From assembly GCA_903909555.1 (NCBI GenBank), contig CAIVWG010000051.1, positions 720 to 64,719 on the forward strand: a stretch of 64,000 nt of DNA, written 5' to 3'. The notes under the pieces are model-generated. The model was given only the letters and a program-made list of their open reading frames with translations, was not told where the DNA came from and did not search any database. Each line of letters opens with the position of its first letter. Position 1 is the first letter of the stretch. The DNA comes from an uncultured bacterium. Its GTDB lineage: Bacteria > Actinomycetota > Actinomycetes > S36-B12. Shown here piece after piece: positions 27,559 through 35,337 of this stretch. The position numbers and the translations under genes were made by a program.

Positions 27559-28620
27559 ATGAGCGTCCCGGGACCGACTGACCCGCGCGCCGTGGTGCGC
27601 GCGGTCCAGTGGAGCGACGACACCCTGGTCCTCCTCGACCAGACGCTGCTCCCCGCGCGCGAGGAGCACGTCGCGTGCACCGATGTCGACTCGGTCGTGG
27701 ACTCGGTCCAGCGACTGGTGGTCCGTGGTGCACCGGCCCTGGGGGCCGTCGGCGCCTACGGCGTCGCCGTGGCGATGCTCCAAGCCGAGCGCGAGGACTG
27801 GGGCGATGACCGCCTGCGCAGGGAGATCCTCCGCATTCGCGATGCGCGGCCCACCGCGATCAACCTCGCCTGGGGAGTCGATCGCGTCACCCCCCTGGTT
27901 CCCGCGGGCGTGACTGCCGTGCTGACGGAGGCCCACGCGATTGTGGGCGAGGACCAGGCGGCCAACCGCGAGCTCTCGCGGCGGGGTGCCGACTGGATCC
28001 TCGACCGGGTGGAGCGGCGCCCCGTGCGGGTGCTGACCCACTGCAACACCGGCGATCTCGCCACGACAGGCTGGGGTACCGCGCTGGGGATCATCCGCGA
28101 ACTCCACGACCGCGGCCAGGTCGAGATGGTCTACGCCGACGAGACGCGTCCTCTGCTCCAGGGAGCGCGCCTCACCGCGTGGGAGTGCGCGCGCCAGGGC
28201 ATCCCCTGCCGCGTTCAGGCCGACGGCGCGGCGGCATCGACGATCCTGCGGGGACTCGTCGACGTCGCCATCATCGGCGCCGATCGCATCGCTCGCAACG
28301 GCGATACGGCCAACAAGATCGGCTCCGTCGGCATCGCGCTCGCCTGTCATGCCGCGGGCATCCCCTTCGTCGTCGCCGCGCCGTCGTCCACGGTGGACAT
28401 GGCAACGCCGGACGGCTCGCACATCGAGATCGAGTTGCGCGATGGCGCGGAGGTGACGACCTACGCCGGTGCCCGCGTGGCACCCGAGGGCGCCGACGGC
28501 TTCAATCCCGCCTTCGACGTGACGCCGGCGCGCTACATCAGCGCCGTCATCAGCGAGTGCGCCGTCGTCGAGCCCGATGGGGTGGCGCCCGTCGGCGCGC
28601 TCGTGGGGGAGCGGTCATGA
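27559..28620 (+). CDS. mtnA: S-methyl-5-thioribose-1-phosphate isomerase
   Basis: eIF-2B-related fold: LLDQTLLP...VRGAPALGAVGAYG...GADRIARNGDTANKIG. Starts 2 nt after the mutase stop. Confidence 0.9.
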   Translation: MSVPGPTDPRAVVRAVQWSDDTLVLLDQTLLPAREEHVACTDVDSVVDSVQRLVVRGAPALGAVGAYGVAVAMLQAEREDWGDDRLRREILRIRDARPTAINLAWGVDRVTPLVPAGVTAVLTEAHAIVGEDQAANRELSRRGADWILDRVERRPVRVLTHCNTGDLATTGWGTALGIIRELHDRGQVEMVYADETRPLLQGARLTAWECARQGIPCRVQADGAAASTILRGLVDVAIIGADRIARNGDTANKIGSVGIALACHAAGIPFVVAAPSSTVDMATPDGSHIEIELRDGAEVTTYAGARVAPEGADGFNPAFDVTPARYISAVISECAVVEPDGVAPVGALVGERS

Positions 28621-30578
28621 CGACGCCCCTGGACGAGTTGGTCGCGCGGTCGAATCGCATCGGCGATGACCCCTCCCTGGTCGTGTACGGAGGGGGGAAC
28701 ACCTCGGCGAAGGGGACGATCACGGATCACCTGGGCCGGCAGCAGCGCGTCATGTGGGTGAAGGGGTCCGGCGCCGACATGCGCGGCTCCGTGGACGCCG
28801 ACTACCCGGGATTGCGGCTGGAGGAGCTCGAGGCCCTCCGGTCCTTCGACGCCATGTCCGACGAGGAGATGACCGATCTCGTCGCTCGCGCGCTGCTCGA
28901 CCCCGGATCCCGGCGGCCGTCGATCGAGACCCTCCTGCACGCCTTCCTGCCGTTCACCCACATCGATCACGTGCACGCCGACGCCATCTGCGCACTCACC
29001 AACCATGCCGAGGGTCGGCGTGTGACGGCGGAGGCACTCGGGGACCGCTTCGCGTACGTCGACTGGATTCGCCCGGGTTTCGAGCTCAGCCGTATCGTCG
29101 GCGACCTCGCCGACTACGACGGCGTCGTCCTTGCCCATCACGGTCTCGTGACGTGGGGCAGTACGACGGACGAGTGCTGGGAAGCGACGCGGAGGACCGT
29201 CGATGCGGCGGCGGCGTACGTCTCGGCCCACCGGGTCGCGGCGGGGCCGCCTCCCGTGCATGCTGACCTGTCCGATGACGAGGTCGAGCAGCTCCTGCTT
29301 CGCCTGCGCGGTCGCCTGGGGCGACGGATCCTGCGCGTCGACGAACGATTGCGACCGGTGGCCGATGACCCCCGCGTCGAGGGCATCGTCGCCGGCGGCG
29401 TGTCCAGCGCCGATCACATGCTGCGCATCAAGCCTCGATCGCTGGTCGTGAGGTCGGCCGACGAGGCACCTGCTGCGGTGGACGCCTATGGCGCCGATTA
29501 CGAGGCCTACGTCGCCCGCCACGCGGACCTGATGCCGGAGGGCTTCCGTGCGCACGATGCTCTTCCACGGGTCATGCTGATTCCTGGTCTGGGCGCGATC
29601 ACGGTGGGCGTCTCCAACTCCGACGCGCGCGTGCTTGCCGACATCGCGCTGCACACTCATGCCGTCGCGGCGGACGTGGCCGCTGCGTTCGGGACCGCCG
29701 AGCCTCTGAGCGAGAAGGACACCTTCGAGTTCGACTACTGGCCCATGGAGCTCTACAAGCTCACGCTCAAGCCGCCGCCCCCGCCCTTCGCGGGGTTCGT
29801 GGCCGTCGTCACCGGCGCGGCATCGGGCATCGGTCGCGGTATCGCGCTCGAGCTCGGCCGGCTCGGCGCCTCGCTCGTGCTGGCCGATCTCGACGGCGAC
29901 GGCGTCGAGGCCTCGGCGAGCGATGTGGCGCAGGTGGGCCCGGCCCCCGAGGTCGTGATCGGCGACCAGTCGGATGAGGACGTGGTGCGCGCCACGGTGC
30001 GGTCGGCGGTCCGCGCCTACGGCGGCCTCGACGGCATCGTCGTGAACGCGGGCATCGGGGTGACCGGCACTCTCGAGGAGCTCACCCTGGAGCAGTGGGA
30101 GCGCGCCCAGCGCGTCAACCTCACGTCGGGCTTCCTGCTCACGCGCGAGGCCATGGGAGTGATGCGCCGTCAGGAGATGGGCGGGTCGCTGGTGTATGTC
30201 GCCAGCAAGAACGCCTTCGGCCCCGGCGCGGGGTTCGGCGCGTACTCGGTGTCCAAGGCGGGGATGGTGCAGCTCATGCGCATCGCCGCCCTGGAGGGCG
30301 GCCCCATCGGCGTGCGCGCCAATGCGGTCAACCCCGACGCGGTGTTCGACAACTCCCGGCTGTGGGACGACGGCCTGCGCGAGGAGCGGGCAGCCGCCCA
30401 CGGCATCCGGCCGGATGAACTCGAGGACTTCTACGCCGCTCGCAACATCCTCAAGCGGCGTGTGACAACGGCCGACGTGGCGGCGTCCGTGGCCTTCCTG
30501 CTCTCCGACGCCTCGTCACGGACGACCGGCGCGGTGATCCCCGTCGACGGCGGCGTGGCCGGGGCCTTCCCCCGCTGA
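28617..30578 (+). CDS. bifunctional class II aldolase/adducin-domain - short-chain dehydrogenase fusion (COG3347-like)
   Basis: ATG 28617 overlaps the mtnA stop (ATGA). N-terminal half: GGGNTSAKG, VKGSGADM, His cluster HAFLPFTHIDHVHADA. C-terminal half is an SDR (VVTGAASGIGRGIA, YSVSKAG). 653 aa. The track ORF start 28179 lies inside mtnA. Confidence 0.88.
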   Translation: MTTPLDELVARSNRIGDDPSLVVYGGGNTSAKGTITDHLGRQQRVMWVKGSGADMRGSVDADYPGLRLEELEALRSFDAMSDEEMTDLVARALLDPGSRRPSIETLLHAFLPFTHIDHVHADAICALTNHAEGRRVTAEALGDRFAYVDWIRPGFELSRIVGDLADYDGVVLAHHGLVTWGSTTDECWEATRRTVDAAAAYVSAHRVAAGPPPVHADLSDDEVEQLLLRLRGRLGRRILRVDERLRPVADDPRVEGIVAGGVSSADHMLRIKPRSLVVRSADEAPAAVDAYGADYEAYVARHADLMPEGFRAHDALPRVMLIPGLGAITVGVSNSDARVLADIALHTHAVAADVAAAFGTAEPLSEKDTFEFDYWPMELYKLTLKPPPPPFAGFVAVVTGAASGIGRGIALELGRLGASLVLADLDGDGVEASASDVAQVGPAPEVVIGDQSDEDVVRATVRSAVRAYGGLDGIVVNAGIGVTGTLEELTLEQWERAQRVNLTSGFLLTREAMGVMRRQEMGGSLVYVASKNAFGPGAGFGAYSVSKAGMVQLMRIAALEGGPIGVRANAVNPDAVFDNSRLWDDGLREERAAAHGIRPDELEDFYAARNILKRRVTTADVAASVAFLLSDASSRTTGAVIPVDGGVAGAFPR

Positions 30579-30703
30579 GCCTGCGCCGAGCCACGCCTCC
30601 CTGCTCTCCGACGCCTCGTCGCGCACGACGGGCGCGGTCATCCCGGTCGACGGCGGCGTGGCCGGGGCCTTCCCCCGCTGACCCTGCGCTGAGCCGCGCC
30701 TTC
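30498..30703 (+). repeat. 103-bp tandem duplication: last 26 codons + stop + 22 nt of the aldolase-SDR gene (copy A 30498-30600, copy B 30601-30703)
   Basis: Aligned by eye. The 81-nt coding parts differ at 5 positions (tca/tcg, cgg/cgc, acc/acg, gtg/gtc, ccc/ccg), all third-position and synonymous. The 22-nt non-coding tails differ at 4 positions. Unit borders share gcct(t/c)cct microhomology. Confidence 0.9.
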
Positions 30704-30744
30704 CTCCGCCCTGCGCTGAGCCGCGCCTTCCTCCGCCCTGCGCC
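30682..30744 (+). repeat. 27-bp direct repeat ccctgcgctgagccgcgccttcctccg x2 plus a partial third copy
   Basis: 30682-30708 and 30709-30735 are identical, and 30736-30744 repeats the first 8-9 nt. The unit overlaps the tail of the 103-bp repeat. Confidence 0.9.
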
Positions 30745-30822
30745 GGGAATCGCCGTCGTCAGGGTCACGGAGCCGCGCAAGGCTGCCGAAGGCGGTGGTC
30801 CGCGCTCCTTCGGGCTGCCGTG

Positions 30823-31116
30823 CTACTTCGGGCGGAGCTTGGTCTCGAGATCGATTTCGAGGCGGGACGCGGTGATGCCCAGGCTGCGGCTCGTCGCATA
30901 CAGACCGATGCCCCCGAGGATGCCGCCCACGCCGATGGCGAGGACGATGTCGAGCACCTCGAGGATCGGCACGTCGAAGCCCAGCCAGGCGATCACGCAC
31001 GCAACGACGATGAGCCATCCGACAGCGAGGCTGATGAAGCCGCACGCAAGGACCTGGCGCGCAGTCTGCCGGGCTCGTCGGACTTGCGCCTCGTACTCGT
31101 CGATCGGGAGGTCCAT
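30823..31116 (-). CDS. hypothetical small membrane protein (two predicted TM helices)
   Basis: 97-aa ORF with G/C-rich third positions. CGFISLAVGWLIVVACVIAWLGF and VLDIVLAIGVGGILGGIGLYA are hydrophobic helices. No family recognised. Confidence 0.55.
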   Translation of the reverse strand: MDLPIDEYEAQVRRARQTARQVLACGFISLAVGWLIVVACVIAWLGFDVPILEVLDIVLAIGVGGILGGIGLYATSRSLGITASRLEIDLETKLRPK

Positions 31117-31261
31117 GCGCGAAGCCTAGGGGGGCGGGGCCCGCGAGACACGAGCTCGCGGGGCGTCGGCCCCTCCCGAGGGGGTGCCGCGGCCCCCGGG
31201 GACGTTTCCCGACGCGACGTGACGATAGGCGCGGGCGTTGGGATGAGTTGGCGTCGGGAAA

Positions 31262-31293
31262 CCGGGTTAGGGCGACACCGGGTTAGGGCGACA
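31262..31293. repeat. perfect 16-bp tandem duplication ccgggttagggcgaca x2 spanning the mtnC stop codon
   Basis: 31262-31277 equals 31278-31293. The second unit holds the mtnC stop (TAA, complement of 31283-31285) and the first carries a second copy of it. Confidence 0.9.
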
Positions 31294-32002
31294 GGCGGAT
31301 ATCGGCCATCACCGACACCTCGGGGTACGCCGAGTCCTCGATCGCATGCGGCTCACCGGGGCGACGTACCCGCACCACCTGCAAGCCGGCGTCGCGAGCC
31401 GCGTCGAGTTCCGCGACGACATCCGAGCAGAAGAGCAGCGTTGCCGGGTCTGCGCCGATGGCGGCGGCGATGGCACGGTACGACGCCTCCTCGCGTTTGG
31501 GTCCGGCGTTCACGGTGTCGTAGTAGCCGCTGATCCATCCCGTGAGATCCCCCACGGGGGAATGGGAGTACCAGTTGCGCTGGGCGAGCACCGACCCCGA
31601 CGAGTACACCGAGATCGGCACCCCTGCGTCGTGCCAGGCTCCGAGGGTCTCCAGTGCGTCGGGGTAGAAGTCCGACACGAGCTCCCCGCTGTCGAATCCT
31701 TCCTGCCAGATCAGCCCCTGCAGGGTCTTCAGCGGCGCGATCTTGCGATCCTCAGCCACCCAAGCGGTGAGGGCATCCACGACCTGCTCCCGCGTGGGGT
31801 CGGCCACGCCGATCTCGCGGCCGATGTCAGCGACGATCTCGCGCACCTGCGGCTCGTCGGCATGCTCGGCGAGCCACGCGTCGAAGCGCCGGGTCGCGTA
31901 AGGGAAGAGCACGTCGTAGACGTATGTCGACCTGCTCGTAGTGCCCTCGATGTCGACCACGACATGCGCGATGCCGGTGAACGACGGCTCCGCTAGGGTC
32001 AC
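31283..32002 (-). CDS. mtnC: enolase-phosphatase E1 (2,3-diketo-5-methylthiopentyl-1-phosphate enolase-phosphatase)
   Basis: HAD motif I VVVDIEGTT, KIAPLKTLQGLIW, 239 aa from GTG 32002. The in-frame GTG 32032 (track start) would overlap mtnB head-to-head. Confidence 0.82.
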   Translation of the reverse strand: MTLAEPSFTGIAHVVVDIEGTTSRSTYVYDVLFPYATRRFDAWLAEHADEPQVREIVADIGREIGVADPTREQVVDALTAWVAEDRKIAPLKTLQGLIWQEGFDSGELVSDFYPDALETLGAWHDAGVPISVYSSGSVLAQRNWYSHSPVGDLTGWISGYYDTVNAGPKREEASYRAIAAAIGADPATLLFCSDVVAELDAARDAGLQVVRVRRPGEPHAIEDSAYPEVSVMADIRLSP

Positions 32003-32017
32003 GGCGAAGGAGGCTAC

Positions 32018-32686
32018 ATGTCCCCGGCTCACGTCCCCGCGGAAGACCTCGCGCGCACGTCGCGGCGCCTGTTCGCCCTGGGCTGGATGCGTGGCACCTC
32101 GGGCAACGTGTCGATGCGCGACGGCGACGGGCTGCTCGTGACCGCCTCAGGCGTGGACAAGGCCGCGGTCGACGCGACCCATGCGGTGCGGACCGACTGG
32201 GAGGGCCGGGCCGTTCCCGGGCAGGAGTTCCCGCCGAGCGCCGAGGCTCGCATCCACGGCGCCGTCCTCGCGGCCACGGGCGCGGGCGCGTCCGTGCACG
32301 TGCACGCCCTGTCGGCCGTGGTCGCCGCGGCGCGCTGGCCCGGCGGCGTTCCGCTCGCCGACGTCGAGCAACTCAAGGGGATCGGCCGCGGCGCCCACGG
32401 TGACCTCGTCACGGTGCCCATCGTGTCCAACTCCCAGGACATGGCCGAGCTCGCCGACCGCGTGCTCCGAGCCCTCGACGACGGGGTACCCGGGGTCATC
32501 GTGGCCCAGCACGGCCTCTACGCCTGGGGCAGCACCCTCGACGATGCCGTAGCGCGGACCGAGAGCCTCGACTGGCTCTTCGAGCACGCCCTGCGGATCG
32601 ACGCCCTGCGCGGGGAAGGACTGCCGGCGCGCGGCGGCGACGCCCTGGGCCACAATGGGGCCAGCCGCCCACAGGAGGAGTCATGA
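32018..32686 (+). CDS. mtnB: methylthioribulose-1-phosphate dehydratase (class II aldolase fold)
   Basis: AAGGAGG (32007-32013) lies 4 nt before the ATG. GWMRGTSGNVSMRD...EARIHGAVL...SVHVHALS, 222 aa. The dehydratase-versus-aldolase assignment rests on context with mtnC/mtnD. Confidence 0.8.
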   Translation: MSPAHVPAEDLARTSRRLFALGWMRGTSGNVSMRDGDGLLVTASGVDKAAVDATHAVRTDWEGRAVPGQEFPPSAEARIHGAVLAATGAGASVHVHALSAVVAAARWPGGVPLADVEQLKGIGRGAHGDLVTVPIVSNSQDMAELADRVLRALDDGVPGVIVAQHGLYAWGSTLDDAVARTESLDWLFEHALRIDALRGEGLPARGGDALGHNGASRPQEES

Positions 32687-33270
32687 CCCTGCTCACCGTC
32701 TGGGACGACGATCGCCCCGACACCCCGGTCCTGCAGACCGCCGACCGCGAGGTCATCGCGGGCACCCTCGCCCCCCTCGGCGTCGTGTACGAGCACGTCG
32801 CCGTCGGCGACCGGCTTCCCGACGATGCCACGCAGGACGAGATCCTGGCAGCGCACCGCGCCTTGGTCGACCGGCTCATCGCCGAGCACGGCTACCGCCT
32901 CGTCGACGTCGCGCAGCTGCATCCGGTCGACTCCGAGGAGTGGCGTGCCACGGCGGCGGCCGCACGCACGAAGTTCCTCAACGAGCACACCCACGACGAG
33001 GAGGAGATCCGCTACTTCGTCGCGGGCTCCGGGGTCTTCTATCTCCACATGAACGCGCGGGTCCACGCGATGCTGTGCACCGAGGGCGACCTGCTCAGCG
33101 TCCCGGCACTCACCACGCACTGGTTCGACATGGGGGAGGCCCCGGACTTCACGGCCGTCCGCTTCTTCCATGACGAGGACGGCTGGGTGGGGACCTTCAC
33201 CGGCAGCGACATCTCCACGCGATTCCCGACCTTCGACGAACTGTCCCGGGTCGCGCTGACCACCGCATGA
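32683..33270 (+). CDS. mtnD: acireductone dioxygenase (ARD, cupin)
   Basis: FLNEHTHDEEEIRYFVAGSGVFYLH cupin metal motif, 195 aa. ATGA overlap with mtnB. Confidence 0.88.
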   Translation: MTLLTVWDDDRPDTPVLQTADREVIAGTLAPLGVVYEHVAVGDRLPDDATQDEILAAHRALVDRLIAEHGYRLVDVAQLHPVDSEEWRATAAAARTKFLNEHTHDEEEIRYFVAGSGVFYLHMNARVHAMLCTEGDLLSVPALTTHWFDMGEAPDFTAVRFFHDEDGWVGTFTGSDISTRFPTFDELSRVALTTA

Positions 33271-33283
33271 TCTCGGCCCGCTC

Positions 33284-34042
33284 ATGACCCCGGGCTCGCT
33301 CGGCATCATCGCCGGCAGCGGCTTCTACGGGCTCGATGCCCTCGGCGACTCCGTCACCCGTGTCGTCGAGACGGCGTACGGTCCCGTCCTCGTCACGTCC
33401 GGGCTGCTGCATGGCCGCCCAGCGCATTTCGTGACCCGCCACGGCGTCGATCACTCGGTGCCGCCGCACATGGTGAACTACCGGGCGATCATCCAGGCGC
33501 TCGCCGACCTCGGCGTCACGGAGATCCTCGCCGTCAACGTCGTCGGAGGCATCGGTCACGAGGCAGGTGACCTCGTCGTCATCGACGACTTCATCGACTT
33601 CACTCACCAGCGCACGGTCACGTTCTTCGACGGCAGCACGCCCGAGGGGGTCGTCCATGCCGACGTGAGCGAGCCGTACGACGAGCGCCTGCGGCAGGCG
33701 TGGCTCGCCGCCGCCGCGGACCTCGGCGTCCCCGTCACGCCGCACGGCGTGTACGGCGCCTTCGAGGGGCCGCGTTTCGAGACGAAGGCGGAGATTCGCA
33801 TGGCCCAGGCCGCGGGTGTCACCGTCGTGGGCATGACCGGCGTCCCCGAGGTCGTGCTCGCCGTCGAGCGCGGGATCCCGTACGCGAGCCTGTGCCTGGT
33901 CGCCAACCCTGCCGCCGGGCTCGGCAGCGAGCCGATCACCGTCGACGACGTCATGGCCGTGATCGCGCAGGGGGCCACGACCGTGACGGGAATCCTGGAT
34001 CGCGCTGCCGCGCGGCTGGCGGAAGACGCGGAAGCACCGTGA
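33284..34042 (+). CDS. mtnP: S-methyl-5'-thioadenosine (or -thioinosine) phosphorylase
   Basis: LGIIAGSGFYGL N-terminus, RHG..H..PPHMVNYRA, GMTGVPEV, 252 aa. Confidence 0.88.
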   Translation: MTPGSLGIIAGSGFYGLDALGDSVTRVVETAYGPVLVTSGLLHGRPAHFVTRHGVDHSVPPHMVNYRAIIQALADLGVTEILAVNVVGGIGHEAGDLVVIDDFIDFTHQRTVTFFDGSTPEGVVHADVSEPYDERLRQAWLAAAADLGVPVTPHGVYGAFEGPRFETKAEIRMAQAAGVTVVGMTGVPEVVLAVERGIPYASLCLVANPAAGLGSEPITVDDVMAVIAQGATTVTGILDRAAARLAEDAEAP

Positions 34043-35337
34043 CGGTCGACCTCCTCATCCGCGAGGCGCGCTTCGCCGTCATGGCGGACGAGGATGGCAC
34101 TGTCCACGAGGGCGTCTCGATCGCGATCGACGATGGGCGCATCGTTGCGGTCGGTCCCGACCTGGCGTCGGATGCCCGCACCGTCATCGACGGCCGCGGC
34201 ACCCTGGTGATGCCGGGCCTGGTCAACCTGCACACCCACCTGCCCATGGCGCTGCTGCGCGGGGTCGCGGAGGACGTGGACCTGCAGGGATTCCTCGAGC
34301 GGGTGTGGGCGGAGGAGGCCCGACTCATGGACGCGCGCGGCGTGTACGTGGGTGCGCGTCTCGGCGCGCTGGAGGCGCTGCTCTCGGGGACCACGACGGC
34401 ACTCGACATGTACTTCCACCCGGCGGACGCTCATCGCGCCGCCGTCGAGGTCGGCCTGCGCCATGTCACCGGGCCCGTCTTCTTCTCCTTCGCCGGCCCG
34501 GACGGCCTCGCCTGGGAGGAGCGGATGGCGCTGGCGCGCGACTGGCCCGCCACGCTGGCAGCGCTCGGCGGCCCGCACGTGCCCGCGGCCCTCATGCCGC
34601 ATGCGGCCTTCACCGTCGGCATCGATCACCTCCGGGAGATCGCCGAGCTCGCACGCGCCCAGGGGGCGCTCGTGCACACGCATGCGTCGGAGAACGATCG
34701 CGAGAACGCCGACACCGTGGCATCCACGGGCCTCCGGCCGGTCGCGGCGCTCGATGCGTCCGGGATCCTCGCCCTGGGCCCGGTCCTGGGCCACGGCGTC
34801 CGCCTCGATGATGGCGAACGACGCCTTGTCGCGGCGACGGGGACGTCGGTCGCCCACTGCCCGGGCTCGAACCTCAAGCTCGCCAGCGGCGCCGCGGACT
34901 TCGTGGGCTATCGCGGCGACGGCATCCGGGTCGGCCTCGGCACGGACGGGTGCTCGTCGAGCAACGACCTCGACATGTTCGCCGTGATGCGCCTGGCCGC
35001 GAACCTGTCGCGACTCGTCCGCGACGACCCGGCCTCGGTGCAGTCCCGGGATGTCGTCGCTGCCGCGACGGTGGAGGGTGCCCGCGCCCTGGGGCTGGAC
35101 GACCGGATCGGCACCGTCGAGCCAGGCAAGGAGGCCGACCTCGTCGTGGTGGACCTGAGGTCCCCTCACCTGGTCCCCGTCCGCGACCCGTACACCGCGC
35201 TCGTGTACGCCGCGGGCCGCGGTGACGTGCGCGATGTCGTGGTCGCCGGTGAGGCGGTCGTTCGCGATCGGCGCTCGGTCCGCGTCGATGCCGCGACCGT
35301 CATGGACGAGGCCCTCGCGCTCGTGGCGGTGCCGTGA
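34039..35337 (+). CDS. mtaD: amidohydrolase, 5-methylthioadenosine/S-adenosylhomocysteine deaminase-like
   Basis: GTG 34039 overlaps the mtnP stop (GTGA). PGLVNLHTHLPMALLRG, VHTHASEN, HCPGSNLKLASG, GLGTDG metal-ligand motifs, 432 aa. Confidence 0.82.
   Translation: MTVDLLIREARFAVMADEDGTVHEGVSIAIDDGRIVAVGPDLASDARTVIDGRGTLVMPGLVNLHTHLPMALLRGVAEDVDLQGFLERVWAEEARLMDARGVYVGARLGALEALLSGTTTALDMYFHPADAHRAAVEVGLRHVTGPVFFSFAGPDGLAWEERMALARDWPATLAALGGPHVPAALMPHAAFTVGIDHLREIAELARAQGALVHTHASENDRENADTVASTGLRPVAALDASGILALGPVLGHGVRLDDGERRLVAATGTSVAHCPGSNLKLASGAADFVGYRGDGIRVGLGTDGCSSSNDLDMFAVMRLAANLSRLVRDDPASVQSRDVVAAATVEGARALGLDDRIGTVEPGKEADLVVVDLRSPHLVPVRDPYTALVYAAGRGDVRDVVVAGEAVVRDRRSVRVDAATVMDEALALVAVP

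Noticed and set aside
30682-30744. The 27-bp direct repeats as a possible mini CRISPR array.
   Set aside because: The repeats are directly adjacent with no spacers, there are only about 2.3 copies, and no cas genes are present. They are part of the 3'-end duplication structure.
30451-30780. Minus-strand ORF containing a duplicated GRRKARLSA peptide.
   Set aside because: The peptide repeat is simply the antisense reading of the 27-bp DNA repeat. The ORF overlaps the aldolase-SDR gene and is Arg-rich shadow sequence.
31140-31162. Hairpin cccgcgag-acacgag-ctcgcggg downstream of mtnC as a terminator.
   Set aside because: It is an 8-bp stem without a U-tract, a size expected by chance here, and cannot be distinguished from background without 3'-end mapping.
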